Shown piece by piece: positions 1-10,039 of a stretch of 64,000 nt of DNA. This DNA comes from Candidatus Bathyarchaeia archaeon. Its GTDB lineage: Archaea; Thermoproteota; Bathyarchaeia; 40CM-2-53-6. A program made the position numbers and the translations under genes. The notes below the pieces were generated by a model. The model saw only the letters and a list, made by a program, of their open reading frames with translations, did no database searches and was not told the DNA's origin. Where the stretch lies: NCBI GenBank assembly GCA_049513715.1, contig JBEKVV010000005.1, positions 158,048-222,047 on the forward strand. The letters are read 5' to 3'. The stretch's first letter is position 1, and the number at the start of each line of letters is the position of its first letter.

Positions 1-166
1 TTCCTGTCCTGAGGGCGGCCATTCCAGCCAAGGCGGGAGCACCAGAGTAAACGTCACTGCCCCCAACAATCAGGAGCCAGCCAAAATCACCTTTGTGGGA
101 GTATACCGACCTTGCTTTCACTACTTGTTTGACATCTGCTGGGCCGGAAAATGTTGGATTTGTCAT
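1..166 (-). CDS. nnrD: NAD(P)H-hydrate dehydratase (YjeF C-terminal/NnrD family), 5' part; runs off the window edge
   Basis: Manual translation from ATG at 166: MTNPTFSGPADVKQVVKARSVYSHKGDFGWLLIVGGSDVYSGAPALAGMAALRTG; HKG..G..LIVGGS..YSGAP.LA..AALR.G is the NnrD N-terminal motif. Confidence 0.85.
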   Translation of the reverse strand, partial: MTNPTFSGPADVKQVVKARSVYSHKGDFGWLLIVGGSDVYSGAPALAGMAALRTG

Positions 167-285
167 GGGGCTACACAGATTCATTTGTGCGTATTAGAAA
201 CAGCGCTTCCTCCACCATGGTACAGCAGGCTCTCTACAAATGAACTAGGTGAAGAGCCATCACGATTCCTCGATAAGCCCTTCTT

Positions 286-1431
286 CTAACTGAACCAAGC
301 TGACATTCTTTCTGTCAGGAACCGATGCTTCTCCAGATATCCTTCAGCGGAAGGAGGTGTGAACTCCCATGTTGGTGCCGGTTGCTCGTAGAAGTTTGCG
401 CGAACTGGTGCGGCTTTTCCGTCCCCAACCTCCATGATGCACACTCCTGCCCCATCAAACTTGGCAGAAGGTTGTTTGCCCTGAATCTCACTGATTATGT
501 TCTCAGCTGCCACCTTGCCTTGCTCCTCTGCTAGGTTGCCCGCTCTAGGAAGCATTAGCCCCTTCGGCACTTTTGTGCCGGCGCAGTCTCCCACCGCGAA
601 AACACCCGGTGCAGCCGTACTCATGGTAGCGGAGTCGACAGGAACCCAACCTGACTGATCAACAAGGCCGGAATCCTTCAAGACCCGTGGAGCTACATGA
701 ACGGGAATCGCAAAAACCAAATCGTGCTCAATCTCCGCCGATTCAGTCAGAACACTCTTGCCGCGAATTTCCATAATTTTCTGAGCAGGGTGATATTCTA
801 TTCCACGTTCTGCCAAGAGACTAGTGACCTTCTTCCCCGCTTCCGGGCCGAGTATCGTTAGCGGATGTTGTTCAGGCGTGATGACTTGAAGCTTGACGTT
901 TTTCCTTACATTTCTCTTGCGGAGGACATCATCGATGATCATCGCAGCCTCGTACGGTGCGGGCGGACATTTGAAAGGAAGCCCGCAGATTAGGATGGTC
1001 AAGGTTCCATTGTCGAATGACCGCAACTTATCCCTGATCTGAGAGCACCCACTTTCTGTGTAGAGGTTAGTGGCATATTTCTGAAATCCTGGAGTGGACT
1101 CTGGAGAATAATCAGCTCCAAGAGCAATTATCAGGTAGTCGTATGAGAGTTTGTGTTTTCCAACGTTCACTTGTTTATCGTTGGGCCTTATTGCGGTGAT
1201 CTCACCCTCGATGAAATCGATGCCGCGTTTGACCATGGCGTTACGATCGCCAGCGTTTTCACCCACCCGCCGTCTGCCATCAAGAATCCACAGTTTCGTT
1301 AAGCCCATGAAGAAAAGTGTCTGCCTGTCAACCAAGGTCACCTTGCTATCTGACCCAAGGCTTCTGCGAAATGTGTTCGCTGCCGCAAGCCCTCCGAACC
1401 CTCCGCCGAGTATCAGTATGTGCTTAGTCAC
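286..1431 (-). CDS. FAD-dependent oxidoreductase, sulfide:quinone oxidoreductase/flavocytochrome c sulfide dehydrogenase-like
   Basis: 381 aa; N-terminal GGGFGG Rossmann motif, KCPPAPYE motif, VFAVGDC FAD motif. Confidence 0.8.
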   Translation of the reverse strand: MTKHILILGGGFGGLAAANTFRRSLGSDSKVTLVDRQTLFFMGLTKLWILDGRRRVGENAGDRNAMVKRGIDFIEGEITAIRPNDKQVNVGKHKLSYDYLIIALGADYSPESTPGFQKYATNLYTESGCSQIRDKLRSFDNGTLTILICGLPFKCPPAPYEAAMIIDDVLRKRNVRKNVKLQVITPEQHPLTILGPEAGKKVTSLLAERGIEYHPAQKIMEIRGKSVLTESAEIEHDLVFAIPVHVAPRVLKDSGLVDQSGWVPVDSATMSTAAPGVFAVGDCAGTKVPKGLMLPRAGNLAEEQGKVAAENIISEIQGKQPSAKFDGAGVCIMEVGDGKAAPVRANFYEQPAPTWEFTPPSAEGYLEKHRFLTERMSAWFS

Positions 1432-1752
1432 GATCGTTCAAGGACAGTATAGCTCAAGCATTTAGAAAGCTTTCTTGAAGCGGTGAAATTTCAGGCACGG
1501 CCTGTGCGCAAGACCATTCCGTTCTTAGTGCCGCAATCAAAGTGATAATTGGACCGGGAAGTGAATATCGCCCGCGATTCGCCACTCAATCCTGTACCTG
1601 TACAGTCAGGAACGATAACTTTGATTTAGCCCCAATTCAGCCATTTTAGGGGTTATGAACCACTAGGTGGAATAGTGGAGCTTGTTCCACCCTGCTTTAA
1701 GTATAAAGTACCCCAAGCTGTCTGTTGAAAGCGAAAGGGTGGTGAATTGAAG

Positions 1753-1836
1753 ATGGCGAAGAAACGCAAGGTCAAGATGCGAGTTAACGCAGACGCTCCA
1801 AGATCCGAGAAGGGCAGCAGCGAATACGTAGCATAA
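1753..1836 (+). CDS. 27-aa basic peptide MAKKRKVKMRVNADAPRSEKGSSEYVA (not in ORF track)
   Basis: GGTGA ribosome-binding site upstream, TTTAAGTATAAA TATA-like box near 1697; copy at 53062 differs mostly at synonymous sites. Confidence 0.75.
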   Translation: MAKKRKVKMRVNADAPRSEKGSSEYVA

Positions 1837-1865
1837 GCCCAACGAGGCTAATGCTGCTTGGACGA

Positions 1866-1881
1866 GGTTCCTTCGGGAACC
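1866..1881 (+). terminator. Hairpin GGTTCC-TTCG-GGAACC followed by a pyrimidine/T-rich tract
   Basis: Perfect 6-bp stem with UUCG loop downstream of the peptide ORF; a hairpin (GGACGG...CCGTCC) sits at the same place in copy 2. Confidence 0.5.
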
Positions 1882-1985
1882 TTCCCGATTTACCCTTTTT
1901 CCGGTAAACCCATGAGTTTCTAGCGTGCAGGTTTCATGTTGCCTGCAACTAAGTTGAGGCGTTTAAGTTCAGAGACGTGGGATTT

Positions 1986-2032
1986 TGGTGCGGGGGAGGG
2001 GATTTTGACCCCACTTTACCGGTACATATAAA
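1986..2032 (+). repeat. R1 site 1 (tRNA-Leu 3'-end left arm; att-like duplicate of tRNA end)
   Basis: TGGTGCGGGGGA-GGGG-ATTTTGA-CCCC-ACTTTACCGGTACATATAAA. Confidence 0.92.
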
Positions 2033-2128
2033 CAGGCTTCGTGGGTCCCGTGGTTCCCACATGGATTTGCCAGTGGGACGCATTTCAAATCATCATGAAA
2101 TAAGTCGATTCAAGTTCCGTTGTTTTTT

Positions 2129-2468
2129 TACGGTGGGTCGGATTCGAACCCCCCGTAGTACCCGTGCTTGGCTGGATGAACACCGGACCGTTCTCGGTTT
2201 GGCAGGGTTTGTCGTCGGACAATTCGCTCACAATCTCACTAAATGTGCATCTAACTCTAAACCATTTGGCTGATGCCGAACAGTCGTGGGGTCGATGGGA
2301 TACGAACCCACCAAGATCGGACTTCGAATTCAAAATCAAAGCCAGTAAACAGCCGTAGATGAGAATTGTAATTTGCAGTGGAAATGAGTGTACAGGGTCC
2401 GTCAAATAGTACGCAGGGCCGGATTCGAACCCCCCGTAGCTGTTGTGCTTGGCTCCGCGAACACCGGA
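2129..2468 (-). repeat. Stack of tRNA T-arm/3'-end remnants, including an imperfect ~60-bp direct repeat
   Basis: CGGATTCGAACCCCCCGTAG identical at 2139-2158 and 2420-2439, each followed by GTGCTTGGCT...GAACACCGGA; GTGGGGTCGATGGGATACGAACCCACC at 2286-2312. Confidence 0.75.
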
Positions 2469-2559
2469 TGCTTGCTTTGGGAGAGAAGAATCTAGTAACA
2501 AGACTGAAGCTCTCGTATCTTCTCCCGTGGTGAAAAAGCCGCCACTCAAACAGCACCAG

Positions 2560-2608
2560 TCGGAGATGGGCAGGGGATTTCAACCCCAATTTGCCGGTAC
2601 ATGTAAGC
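2560..2608 (+). repeat. R1 site 2
   Basis: TCGGAGATGGGCA-GGGG-ATTTCAA-CCCC-AATTTGCCGGTACATGTAAGC. Confidence 0.9.
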
Positions 2609-2735
2609 CGTTGAAACTTGTCACGAAATAATGGAGGGCACAACGTAAGATCCGACTGCAGAACATTGACGAAAACATACGCTGAGAGGGGAATCAGGGG
2701 ATAGGTTAAAAACAAACTTGCAACTCAGCCCAATT

Positions 2736-3689
2736 ATGCCTTTAACGCGTATTTTCTTTACGTCAGATGTTCATGGATCTGATGTGTGCTTCATGAAGTT
2801 TCTCAATGCCGCCAAGTTCTACGAAGCGAGCATCCTCATCTTGGGCGGAGACCTTACTGGGAAGATGATAGTCCCAGTCATAGAACAGTCCGACGGAGAA
2901 TACACTACCGAGTTTCTTGGCATGCATCAAACACTGAAGACTCGGCAGGCTAAGGATGAGGTAGTGAAACAGATCCGAGACAGCGGGTACTACCCATACG
3001 AAAGCACTCCGAGTGAGGCAGAGAAACTCCGGGAGAACAAGAAACTGGTGGACGAGCTTTTTACGAAAGTAATGGTTGATGGAGTTAAGCGATGGGTCTC
3101 GATTGCCGAAGAACGATTGAAGGGAACCGGCGTAGAGTGCTACATAAGTCCTGGAAACGATGACCGATTTGAAGTCGATCCGATTCTAAAAGGATCGCAG
3201 AAGATTCATTGCCCTGAGGATGAGGTTGTCTGGTTGGATAAGAACCACGAAATGATAACGAGTAGCTGGACGAACCAGACACCCTGGCATAGCCCGCGTG
3301 AGACAACAGAGGACAAACTTACTGAGATTTTCGGTAGAATGATCTCAAGAGTTCAGCGAATGGAAAACTGCATCTTCAACTTACACGTTCCGCCCTACAA
3401 CACGCCCATGGATTTGGCTCCCGAGCTGGATGAGACGCTGAAACCAGTGGTGAAGGGTGGGGGGATGAGCATGATTCATGTTGGAAGTACCGCGGTTAGG
3501 AGTGCAATTGAGAAGCACCAGCCATTGTTGGGTATCCACGGACACATTCATGAATCCCGGGGTTTCGAAAACATCGGAAGAACGCTGGTCCTGAACCCTG
3601 GCAGTGAGTACGGGGAAGGAATTCTGCGTGGTGCAATCATTAACCTTGATGAGAAGAAAGTCAAGAGTTATCTTCTTACCCAAGGATGA
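2736..3689 (+). CDS. Metallophosphoesterase (Icc-related, calcineurin-like)
   Basis: SDVHGS, GGDLTG, PGNDD and HGHIHE motifs; ATG at 2736 preferred over upstream TTG. Confidence 0.85.
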   Translation: MPLTRIFFTSDVHGSDVCFMKFLNAAKFYEASILILGGDLTGKMIVPVIEQSDGEYTTEFLGMHQTLKTRQAKDEVVKQIRDSGYYPYESTPSEAEKLRENKKLVDELFTKVMVDGVKRWVSIAEERLKGTGVECYISPGNDDRFEVDPILKGSQKIHCPEDEVVWLDKNHEMITSSWTNQTPWHSPRETTEDKLTEIFGRMISRVQRMENCIFNLHVPPYNTPMDLAPELDETLKPVVKGGGMSMIHVGSTAVRSAIEKHQPLLGIHGHIHESRGFENIGRTLVLNPGSEYGEGILRGAIINLDEKKVKSYLLTQG

Positions 3690-3964
3690 CGGTTGCCAAT
3701 TTGTCCCTGGATGAAGCACTTTACAGGGTGTGGTTCGTCGTTCGTCCTTAGGTGGTTTGATCGCTCTCAGGGTAGTAGCTTTCGGACAGAGCTTGGAGGC
3801 AAAAGCCGGGATCAGCCAGACTTGAGCCTATTAGTTTTGGTATGCGGGCGACATAAGTTGAGCAACCGTAGAATATGATTCAAACCCCCAGGAACATGAG
3901 AATCTAGAGATTACAGAAACGAATAAAAGACGGGTTTCGTGAGATCCATATCGAGTTTTTCTGA

Positions 3965-5176
3965 ATGGAAGTCGACATCCCTAAGCAGGTTTACTACGGG
4001 CGAGTCAAGAGAATACGGGAATATTTGCAGGAACACGAACTGAAAGCGCTTCTGGTCTTCGAAAGTCAAAATCTCATGTACATCTCGGGGTTCATTGATG
4101 ATTCCGGAAATCCCGTCGAGAGACCGATCGTTTGCGTGGTTCCCCTCGAAGAAGAACCTTTCATGATACTATGTGAATTGTCCAGGAACCGCGCTCTTTT
4201 CGAGATTGAGAGTAAAACGTGCCCAATTGAGGATATACGTTTCTACGCGGAACACCCGCAACAAGTGAATAGGACGTACTACACCACGCAATGGGCAGAT
4301 ATGGTCGTGGATATTCTTGCTGAGAAGAAATGCCTAGGTGGAAGACTCGGCCTTGATGTTCCACCCGCGAGTGTGGACTCAGTCTTGGCCGTGAAGCTTT
4401 CGAAGATGATGGATGCATCAGACCTCCTTCGAGAGATGCGACTCATAAAATGCAAAGAAGAACTTGATCTAATCAGAGTATGCGGTCCATTTAGCGACTT
4501 GGGTCAGGAGGTCTTGAGGCAAGAAATCCATGTTGGAAAGTCGCAACTAGAAATCGGTGTGGAAGCCACCACTGCTATGCGACGAGAAGGCGCCAAGAAA
4601 TATCCAGACGCCTGCATCCGCGCCACAGCCGCAGTATTTGGATCAGGCCCAGTATACAGCGTAATGCCTGACGCTGTGCGAGGAGTGGGTAGGAAGCTTG
4701 AGCGAGGTGACAACTTGATAGATATCACCGATTTTCGGTTGAACATGTACGGCGTTGAGAACGAGAGGACCTTCATTATTGGACCCGCCTCTGAAAAACA
4801 GGTGAGAGCGTTCAACGTAATGGTTGAAGCACAGGAAAGAGCTTTCGAGGCAGAAAGACCCGGAAACAAGATGTCAGACGTGGATGCAGCCGCACGAAAA
4901 GTCTTTGAAGATGCAGGCTACGGCGACTGTATCTCCCATAGAACATATCACGGAATGGGGCTTCACATGGGTCAGTATAATCATGAATATCCCTATCTCA
5001 CATCGTTCATGGAACGCAAAATCATGTCTGGAATGGTGTTTTCCTGCGAGCCGGGAATCTACGTTCCGGGGGTGGGCGGTTTCAGACATTCTGATACTGT
5101 CATCATAACTGATAGTGGACCAGAGAGAGTCACTAACTTTCCGAGAGATCTAGAATCTTTGACTGTGAAAACATAA
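3965..5176 (+). CDS. Xaa-Pro peptidase family protein (M24/creatinase fold)
   Basis: Creatinase-like N-domain; HRTYHGMGL, HEYP and SCEPGIY..G.GGFRHSD motifs. Confidence 0.85.
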   Translation: MEVDIPKQVYYGRVKRIREYLQEHELKALLVFESQNLMYISGFIDDSGNPVERPIVCVVPLEEEPFMILCELSRNRALFEIESKTCPIEDIRFYAEHPQQVNRTYYTTQWADMVVDILAEKKCLGGRLGLDVPPASVDSVLAVKLSKMMDASDLLREMRLIKCKEELDLIRVCGPFSDLGQEVLRQEIHVGKSQLEIGVEATTAMRREGAKKYPDACIRATAAVFGSGPVYSVMPDAVRGVGRKLERGDNLIDITDFRLNMYGVENERTFIIGPASEKQVRAFNVMVEAQERAFEAERPGNKMSDVDAAARKVFEDAGYGDCISHRTYHGMGLHMGQYNHEYPYLTSFMERKIMSGMVFSCEPGIYVPGVGGFRHSDTVIITDSGPERVTNFPRDLESLTVKT

Positions 5177-5438
5177 ACGGTTTCCGAAAGGCTTCCTCCC
5201 GCAGCTTTCCAATGACGTCCTCGGACATTTAGAGAATATCTTGAGTTTTTCCACCGTGGTTTCGTTAAACGTATACGAGCGATATTCGAACCACGATGTG
5301 ATTAGTTTCTGATGCAGTTGAAAGTTAGATTGTTGTTGATTTGTTGACTTTTGTAAACAATGACACACGTTCGGTCGTAGCCAACGGAAGCGTTAAATAC
5401 AATGATCCCAGGAGCTAACCTTTCCGAGAAGATATTTT

Positions 5439-7031
5439 ATGTCGAAGGCGAAGCCGATCGACACACAAGTATACGTTCGTGAAGCGACTGGCCTTGTTCG
5501 AGAACTTGGGGCTAAAGATATTTTCATTTGGACAATTGTTTGGTATCCGTTATTTGCTTCTTATGTTAACTATTTCTGGTATACGCCTGCGCTTGTTCAT
5601 AATGTAAACTACTACCTTGCGTTTGGTCTTTGGTTTATTCTCTTCTGCATTTTTCCGCCTGCATTATGGTGGATGATGATTTCTATCATGCCCAAGACGG
5701 GCGGTGACTACGTCTTCACTTCAAGAGCCCTTCATCCAGCGATAGGATTTTCCGCGAGTTTTTGTGTGACCTTTGCATTGGCTTTGACCGCGATCTCTGG
5801 TGGAACTTATTATGGTTTGGCTGAGACAGCCGTACAATTGGAAACGGCTGGTCAGATATCAGGTAATCAAGCTGTCACAGCAGCTGGTTTACTCATAGAT
5901 CCTTTTGCGGGCGGCAGCTTGCCTCTGATCTTCGCCTTAGGGGTGATTGTACTCGTCATTGGAGCTGCATTCGCGTACTTTGGCAGTGGTGTCTTTAACA
6001 AGGTAATTTGGGTAATTTTCGGAATAGGTCTCGTCGGTCTCGTAATTGAAGTTCCCATCCTACTCATGACTTCAAGATCTACGTTCGCTGCTGCCTATGC
6101 TCAATACTATTCGGGTGGCGTTCAAGGTGTATTTGCAGCAGCGCAGAAGGGAGGGTATGTGCCGGGGTATTCGATGGCTGCCACTCTCCTAGCGGTTCCA
6201 GTGATTGCGGGAAGCCTGGGGCCCTACCTCGTCCTAGGGAACGTTGCAGGTGAAGTAAAGAACGTTAAGAGAAGTTATCTGCTCGGACTTTGGGGAGCAA
6301 TCGTATTGTCGGCTGTTGTTTGGGTAGTTCTAACATTCCTGACGGATCGAGTTATTGGCCTAGACTTCATAGAGGCTTGGACCGTTGGCCCGGGAGGCGG
6401 CTTTCCGCCGGTCGTGAGTGCGCTATTAACTGTCGTCGCACCTAATCTCACATTGAACATCGCTGTGGCACTAATACTCCTGATCTCGAACATTGGTTTC
6501 TCGTACCTGGGATTCGCATTCGCAAGTAGGGCGATGCTCGCTTGGGCATTCGACCGGGTCGCCCCTGCGAGGCTTGCATATGTAAATGAGAAGTATCATT
6601 CGCCGGGTGTGGCCATCCTCGTAACGCTCCTAATTTCATTGTCGGGATGGACTCTCATCGAGTTTACAAGATTCACCTCCATCGTCTTGAATAGCGACGT
6701 GCTGAAGTACGTGGCGTGGGGTGTCGTCAGCCTTTCCGCAGTCATAATGCCCTTCAGAAAGAAGGAACTCTTTGATAGGTCTCCAGTGAAATACAGAATT
6801 GCAGGCGTCCCCGTCATTTCCATATTGGGATTGGTGTCCTTCTTCCTCTACGCATACTACATCATATTGTTTACAACAACGAACCTCTTCTTCTCGCCGT
6901 CAGTAACACAAGTCTATTTTCTGGCATTTATGTTCGTAATTGCGATTGCGGGATACTTTGTCGCATATGCGTACCGGAAATCGAAAGGAATCGACATTAC
7001 GAAAGCGTTTGAAGAGCTACCGCCAGACTAA
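5439..7031 (+). CDS. APC-family amino acid permease
   Basis: Many hydrophobic TM segments; YVREATGLVRE, MPKTGGDYVF and SRAMLAWAFDR motifs. Confidence 0.85.
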   Translation: MSKAKPIDTQVYVREATGLVRELGAKDIFIWTIVWYPLFASYVNYFWYTPALVHNVNYYLAFGLWFILFCIFPPALWWMMISIMPKTGGDYVFTSRALHPAIGFSASFCVTFALALTAISGGTYYGLAETAVQLETAGQISGNQAVTAAGLLIDPFAGGSLPLIFALGVIVLVIGAAFAYFGSGVFNKVIWVIFGIGLVGLVIEVPILLMTSRSTFAAAYAQYYSGGVQGVFAAAQKGGYVPGYSMAATLLAVPVIAGSLGPYLVLGNVAGEVKNVKRSYLLGLWGAIVLSAVVWVVLTFLTDRVIGLDFIEAWTVGPGGGFPPVVSALLTVVAPNLTLNIAVALILLISNIGFSYLGFAFASRAMLAWAFDRVAPARLAYVNEKYHSPGVAILVTLLISLSGWTLIEFTRFTSIVLNSDVLKYVAWGVVSLSAVIMPFRKKELFDRSPVKYRIAGVPVISILGLVSFFLYAYYIILFTTTNLFFSPSVTQVYFLAFMFVIAIAGYFVAYAYRKSKGIDITKAFEELPPD

Positions 7032-7163
7032 GCGGCCGCGCATTCCCGGGCTAAGCGGGTCCCAGTCCTCGGACCCGAAAAAGTAATCGCTAGAGTTGTG
7101 GGTTTGCGACCGGTGTGTGGCCGATTTGTTCGGGGTTTGTTCGTGGGTTTGAGGTTGAGAAAC

Positions 7164-7210
7164 TTCAGGGATGGAGCAGGGGATTTCAACCCCAATTTAC
7201 CAGTACAAGC
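7164..7210 (+). repeat. R1 site 3
   Basis: TTCAGGGATGGAGCA-GGGG-ATTTCAA-CCCC-AATTTACCAGTACA. Confidence 0.9.
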
Positions 7211-7294
7211 AAGAAATGAGTCCGCCTATTTTCTTGCCTTTTAGTGAGAGATGAGCCCGAATGGATACCCTGGAACTCCAAATCTGGGTACTGT

Positions 7295-8827
7295 TCATTT
7301 GCGCCTTTGGTGCGAACGCTTCATCACCAGCAGTGTCAAAGCAGCACCTGTTGAAACGACAAGAACGATGACAATTATAGTTAGTTGCTCAAGCGAAAGA
7401 TCAAGGGTTGGCCCTGCTGAGGATAGCGTCCCGATGTTCTGCTGACTCGTAGTCTGCGTAACGGATACAGTGGGATTCTTTGAGGCTGCGTTTGCCATCT
7501 CTGATGCTGATTTCGCAGCCTGCATGGCATCTACGAATCCACCTTCACTGAATGACGATTGGGCCTTGGTGAGCTGATTCTTTGCCGCTTCGAGACCGTT
7601 GTCTCTAGATTCGATTTGCGCTTTGGAGATGGCGTCTTGTGCGCTTGCGATTATGTTGTTTGCTTCATTCGCTTGATTCCCCGTCAAAGCATTTGCTATC
7701 ATAACCCTGTAAGCGTAACCCGTTCTGTCAACCACGATGATAGAGAAATCTTTGGCTTGATTGACTAAGGCCGGAATGTTGCTTCGGCCGATGTTGAATG
7801 GGGCATCGAACAAGTCCTTTTCTGGATCTGGATTGCTGTTGGGATGAGAGTCTACGACTTTGACTTGCCCTTCATCAGATTGGCTGCAACATTCAAGAGT
7901 CCATGTTCCATCAACGGTGTAGATGAGGACGCCAAATTGTGGGTCCGGGTAGTTGGAAGATGAATACAAAGAGAGAGATTGGTCTTCACCAAGCTTCTCT
8001 CGGACCTCGACGTAGTATGTCAAAGTAGAGCCCGGCAAGTGAATCCTAGCCAGATACGTTTTGCCTGTGGCATTTTCTAGGGCATCGATGGTGATTGTCC
8101 TCTGAACACTGTCGCTAACGTCTACTATCTGATTTTTCTGGAGCCACCCGAGTCTTATCAGAGACCATGAAGTGAACCCGCCGAGGCTCCAAGACATGAG
8201 GTCCCATGGTCCAAGCCAAACAGCAGATGGTTTGCTCTGCTCAGCAAGCCCGTAGCTGTACAAATCTGGAAGGTGGCCTAGTGCGTGACCAAGCTCATGG
8301 CAGTAAGTGAAGGAATCCGTATTTTCGTTTTCGAAAGAAACGCCGATGCTTGGGAACGCATGAGGCCAGACTTCACCCGCATAGACAATGAACGTAATCG
8401 CATATTTGCCAGCGCCTATTCCCAACTGCCCCAGACGACCCCGTGCTGTTGCGTCGACCGTTTGCATCTGGCCATCATCGTAGTTCCATTCAAACAGCTT
8501 CATCTCCTTCACCTTAACCGGCAACGTAATCCAATTCGGTAGTACCTCAGCTGTTAGCTTCAACTTCCCATAAGAAACCGTGGTGTAGTATTCCTGAACT
8601 TGCGTCACTGTGATCTCCCGCAATTCATCAATTGACTTTGTGTGAGGCAAATCTGTGAAATCAAAGAAAGCCACCAAATACTTTGCTTCGTTGGGAACCG
8701 TATACGCTTGTGCACTCATCGACTTGTTGAGCCATGGTAAGTAGCTTGTAAAGACCAATAAGAGAATAATCAAGCAAGCTAACTTGCTCGCAGCTGACTT
8801 ACTACGGAAACAAGATTCGGCAGACAT
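7295..8827 (-). CDS. Membrane-anchored secreted zinc metalloprotease (M6/immune inhibitor A-like domain)
   Basis: Signal peptide, HELGHALGHLPDLY zincin motif, WDLMS, YYVEVR, C-terminal TM; only gene between R1 sites 3 and 4. Confidence 0.75.
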   Translation of the reverse strand: MSAESCFRSKSAASKLACLIILLLVFTSYLPWLNKSMSAQAYTVPNEAKYLVAFFDFTDLPHTKSIDELREITVTQVQEYYTTVSYGKLKLTAEVLPNWITLPVKVKEMKLFEWNYDDGQMQTVDATARGRLGQLGIGAGKYAITFIVYAGEVWPHAFPSIGVSFENENTDSFTYCHELGHALGHLPDLYSYGLAEQSKPSAVWLGPWDLMSWSLGGFTSWSLIRLGWLQKNQIVDVSDSVQRTITIDALENATGKTYLARIHLPGSTLTYYVEVREKLGEDQSLSLYSSSNYPDPQFGVLIYTVDGTWTLECCSQSDEGQVKVVDSHPNSNPDPEKDLFDAPFNIGRSNIPALVNQAKDFSIIVVDRTGYAYRVMIANALTGNQANEANNIIASAQDAISKAQIESRDNGLEAAKNQLTKAQSSFSEGGFVDAMQAAKSASEMANAASKNPTVSVTQTTSQQNIGTLSSAGPTLDLSLEQLTIIVIVLVVSTGAALTLLVMKRSHQRRK

Positions 8828-8888
8828 GTTCCGAATTACCGTCTTCTAGCGTGTTAAATGCAATCTATATAGCACATGTAGGTTCACG

Positions 8889-8939
8889 TTCAGAGATGGA
8901 GAAGGGGATTTTGACCCCAATTTATCGGTACATATAAGC
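8889..8939 (+). repeat. R1 site 4
   Basis: TTCAGAGATGGAGAA-GGGG-ATTTTGA-CCCC-AATTTATCGGTACATATAAGC. Confidence 0.92.
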
Positions 8940-8940
8940 C

Positions 8941-8980
8941 GGTTCAAATTGCGTTGCCCGCACCAGCTGACCCACACACA
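8941..8980 (+). repeat. R2 site (T-loop form)
   Basis: GGTTCAAATTGCGTTGCC-CGCACCA-GCTGACCCACACACA; last 22 bp identical to 10000-10021. Confidence 0.8.
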
Positions 8981-8995
8981 GCCAAGATCGTTTCG

Positions 8996-9889
8996 CTAGC
9001 TGGTTCCTTTCTCAAATCCTCTTGCTATTGAATCTACAAGTTCTTCTGCGATGGAACCGTCTGGGTCTAGTTCGGGGTTGAAAATAGCGATGTCCATCCC
9101 TACTGCTCTTTTGCTGCCAAGAGCACAGGTCAGAAGATTCGACAGGTCACGGAAGCTCAGTCCGCCGGGTGTGCGATAGTCCACAGCAGGCATTATGGCG
9201 TCATCCAGTACATCCACATCCAAGTGGATCCAGAATCCGTCAATGCCTGTCTCGATTAGCTTGTCAATAGCTTCTGACGATTTGTTCGTAATTCCACTTT
9301 TCCGAATATCTTCCCATTCAACAGTGAGGACGCCTGTGGTCTTGACGTCTTGGCTACCGTTACGTTGTTGTTCTTCAACATCACGATAACCAAATGCGAC
9401 AGTATGCTCATCCCTAACGAGTGGTTTGAGTCCATCGATGTTCGTAAGAATCTCTGGTCCTCTGCCGGTTACAATTGCAAGGTCCATGTCTGCCACTTCG
9501 CCAGTTGGCGAAGCTGATGGTTGGTAGAAATCAGCGTGTCCGTCGATAAAGAAGAGTCCATAGTTGCCAAGTTGCCGCAGTGCAAGCATACAACCAATCA
9601 AGATACTGCAATCGCCCCCCAAAACTAGGGGAAAGAAACCGTCCGTTATCTCCTGTCGTATTTTATTCGATAGGGAAATGGAAAATTCACGTATCCCTTT
9701 CGAGTTAAGTACGTTCGTTTCACTGTCTCTTTGGTAGCTGTATGAAGAGATGGGCACTACTCTTCCATGATACTCCGCGCCGACCCTCTGGATTAATCCT
9801 TTAGCCTTCAACGCTTCAGGCAATCTCTCGACCCCCTGAGGTTTCAGGCCTAGGATAGAGGGACCATCAACGACGGCTATGGGCTTCAT
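8996..9889 (-). CDS. Arginase family protein
   Basis: LGGDCS, FIDGHADF and HLDVDVLD ureohydrolase motifs. Confidence 0.88.
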   Translation of the reverse strand: MKPIAVVDGPSILGLKPQGVERLPEALKAKGLIQRVGAEYHGRVVPISSYSYQRDSETNVLNSKGIREFSISLSNKIRQEITDGFFPLVLGGDCSILIGCMLALRQLGNYGLFFIDGHADFYQPSASPTGEVADMDLAIVTGRGPEILTNIDGLKPLVRDEHTVAFGYRDVEEQQRNGSQDVKTTGVLTVEWEDIRKSGITNKSSEAIDKLIETGIDGFWIHLDVDVLDDAIMPAVDYRTPGGLSFRDLSNLLTCALGSKRAVGMDIAIFNPELDPDGSIAEELVDSIARGFEKGTS

Positions 9890-9992
9890 TACACTTCTGA
9901 GAATACCCGCTCCGACTTTAGGAGTTATTCTTGTAAGGCGTCTTTCATTTCATGCGCAAGACTGAAGACTCTCCAAGGGCGCGCCGTTTCTA

Positions 9993-10021
9993 GTGTGTGC
10001 GCACCAGCTGACCCACACACA
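9993..10021 (+). repeat. R2 site (symmetric form)
   Basis: GTGTGTG-CGCACCAGCTGACC-CACACACA. Confidence 0.8.
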
Positions 10022-10039
10022 AAGGACTAGATGTCTAAG

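Larger units (their letters stand above)
1620..1976 (+). repeat. Micro-cassette copy 1 (homologous to ~52923-53284)
   Basis: Collinear similarity over promoter region, small ORF, hairpins and tail; both copies end in AAGTTCAGAGA at or just before an R1 site. Confidence 0.9.

Noticed and set aside
1977..2715. ORFs 1977-2273, 2085-2549 and 2257-2715 as genes
   Set aside because: They run through R1 sites and tRNA remnants and show no recognisable protein features.
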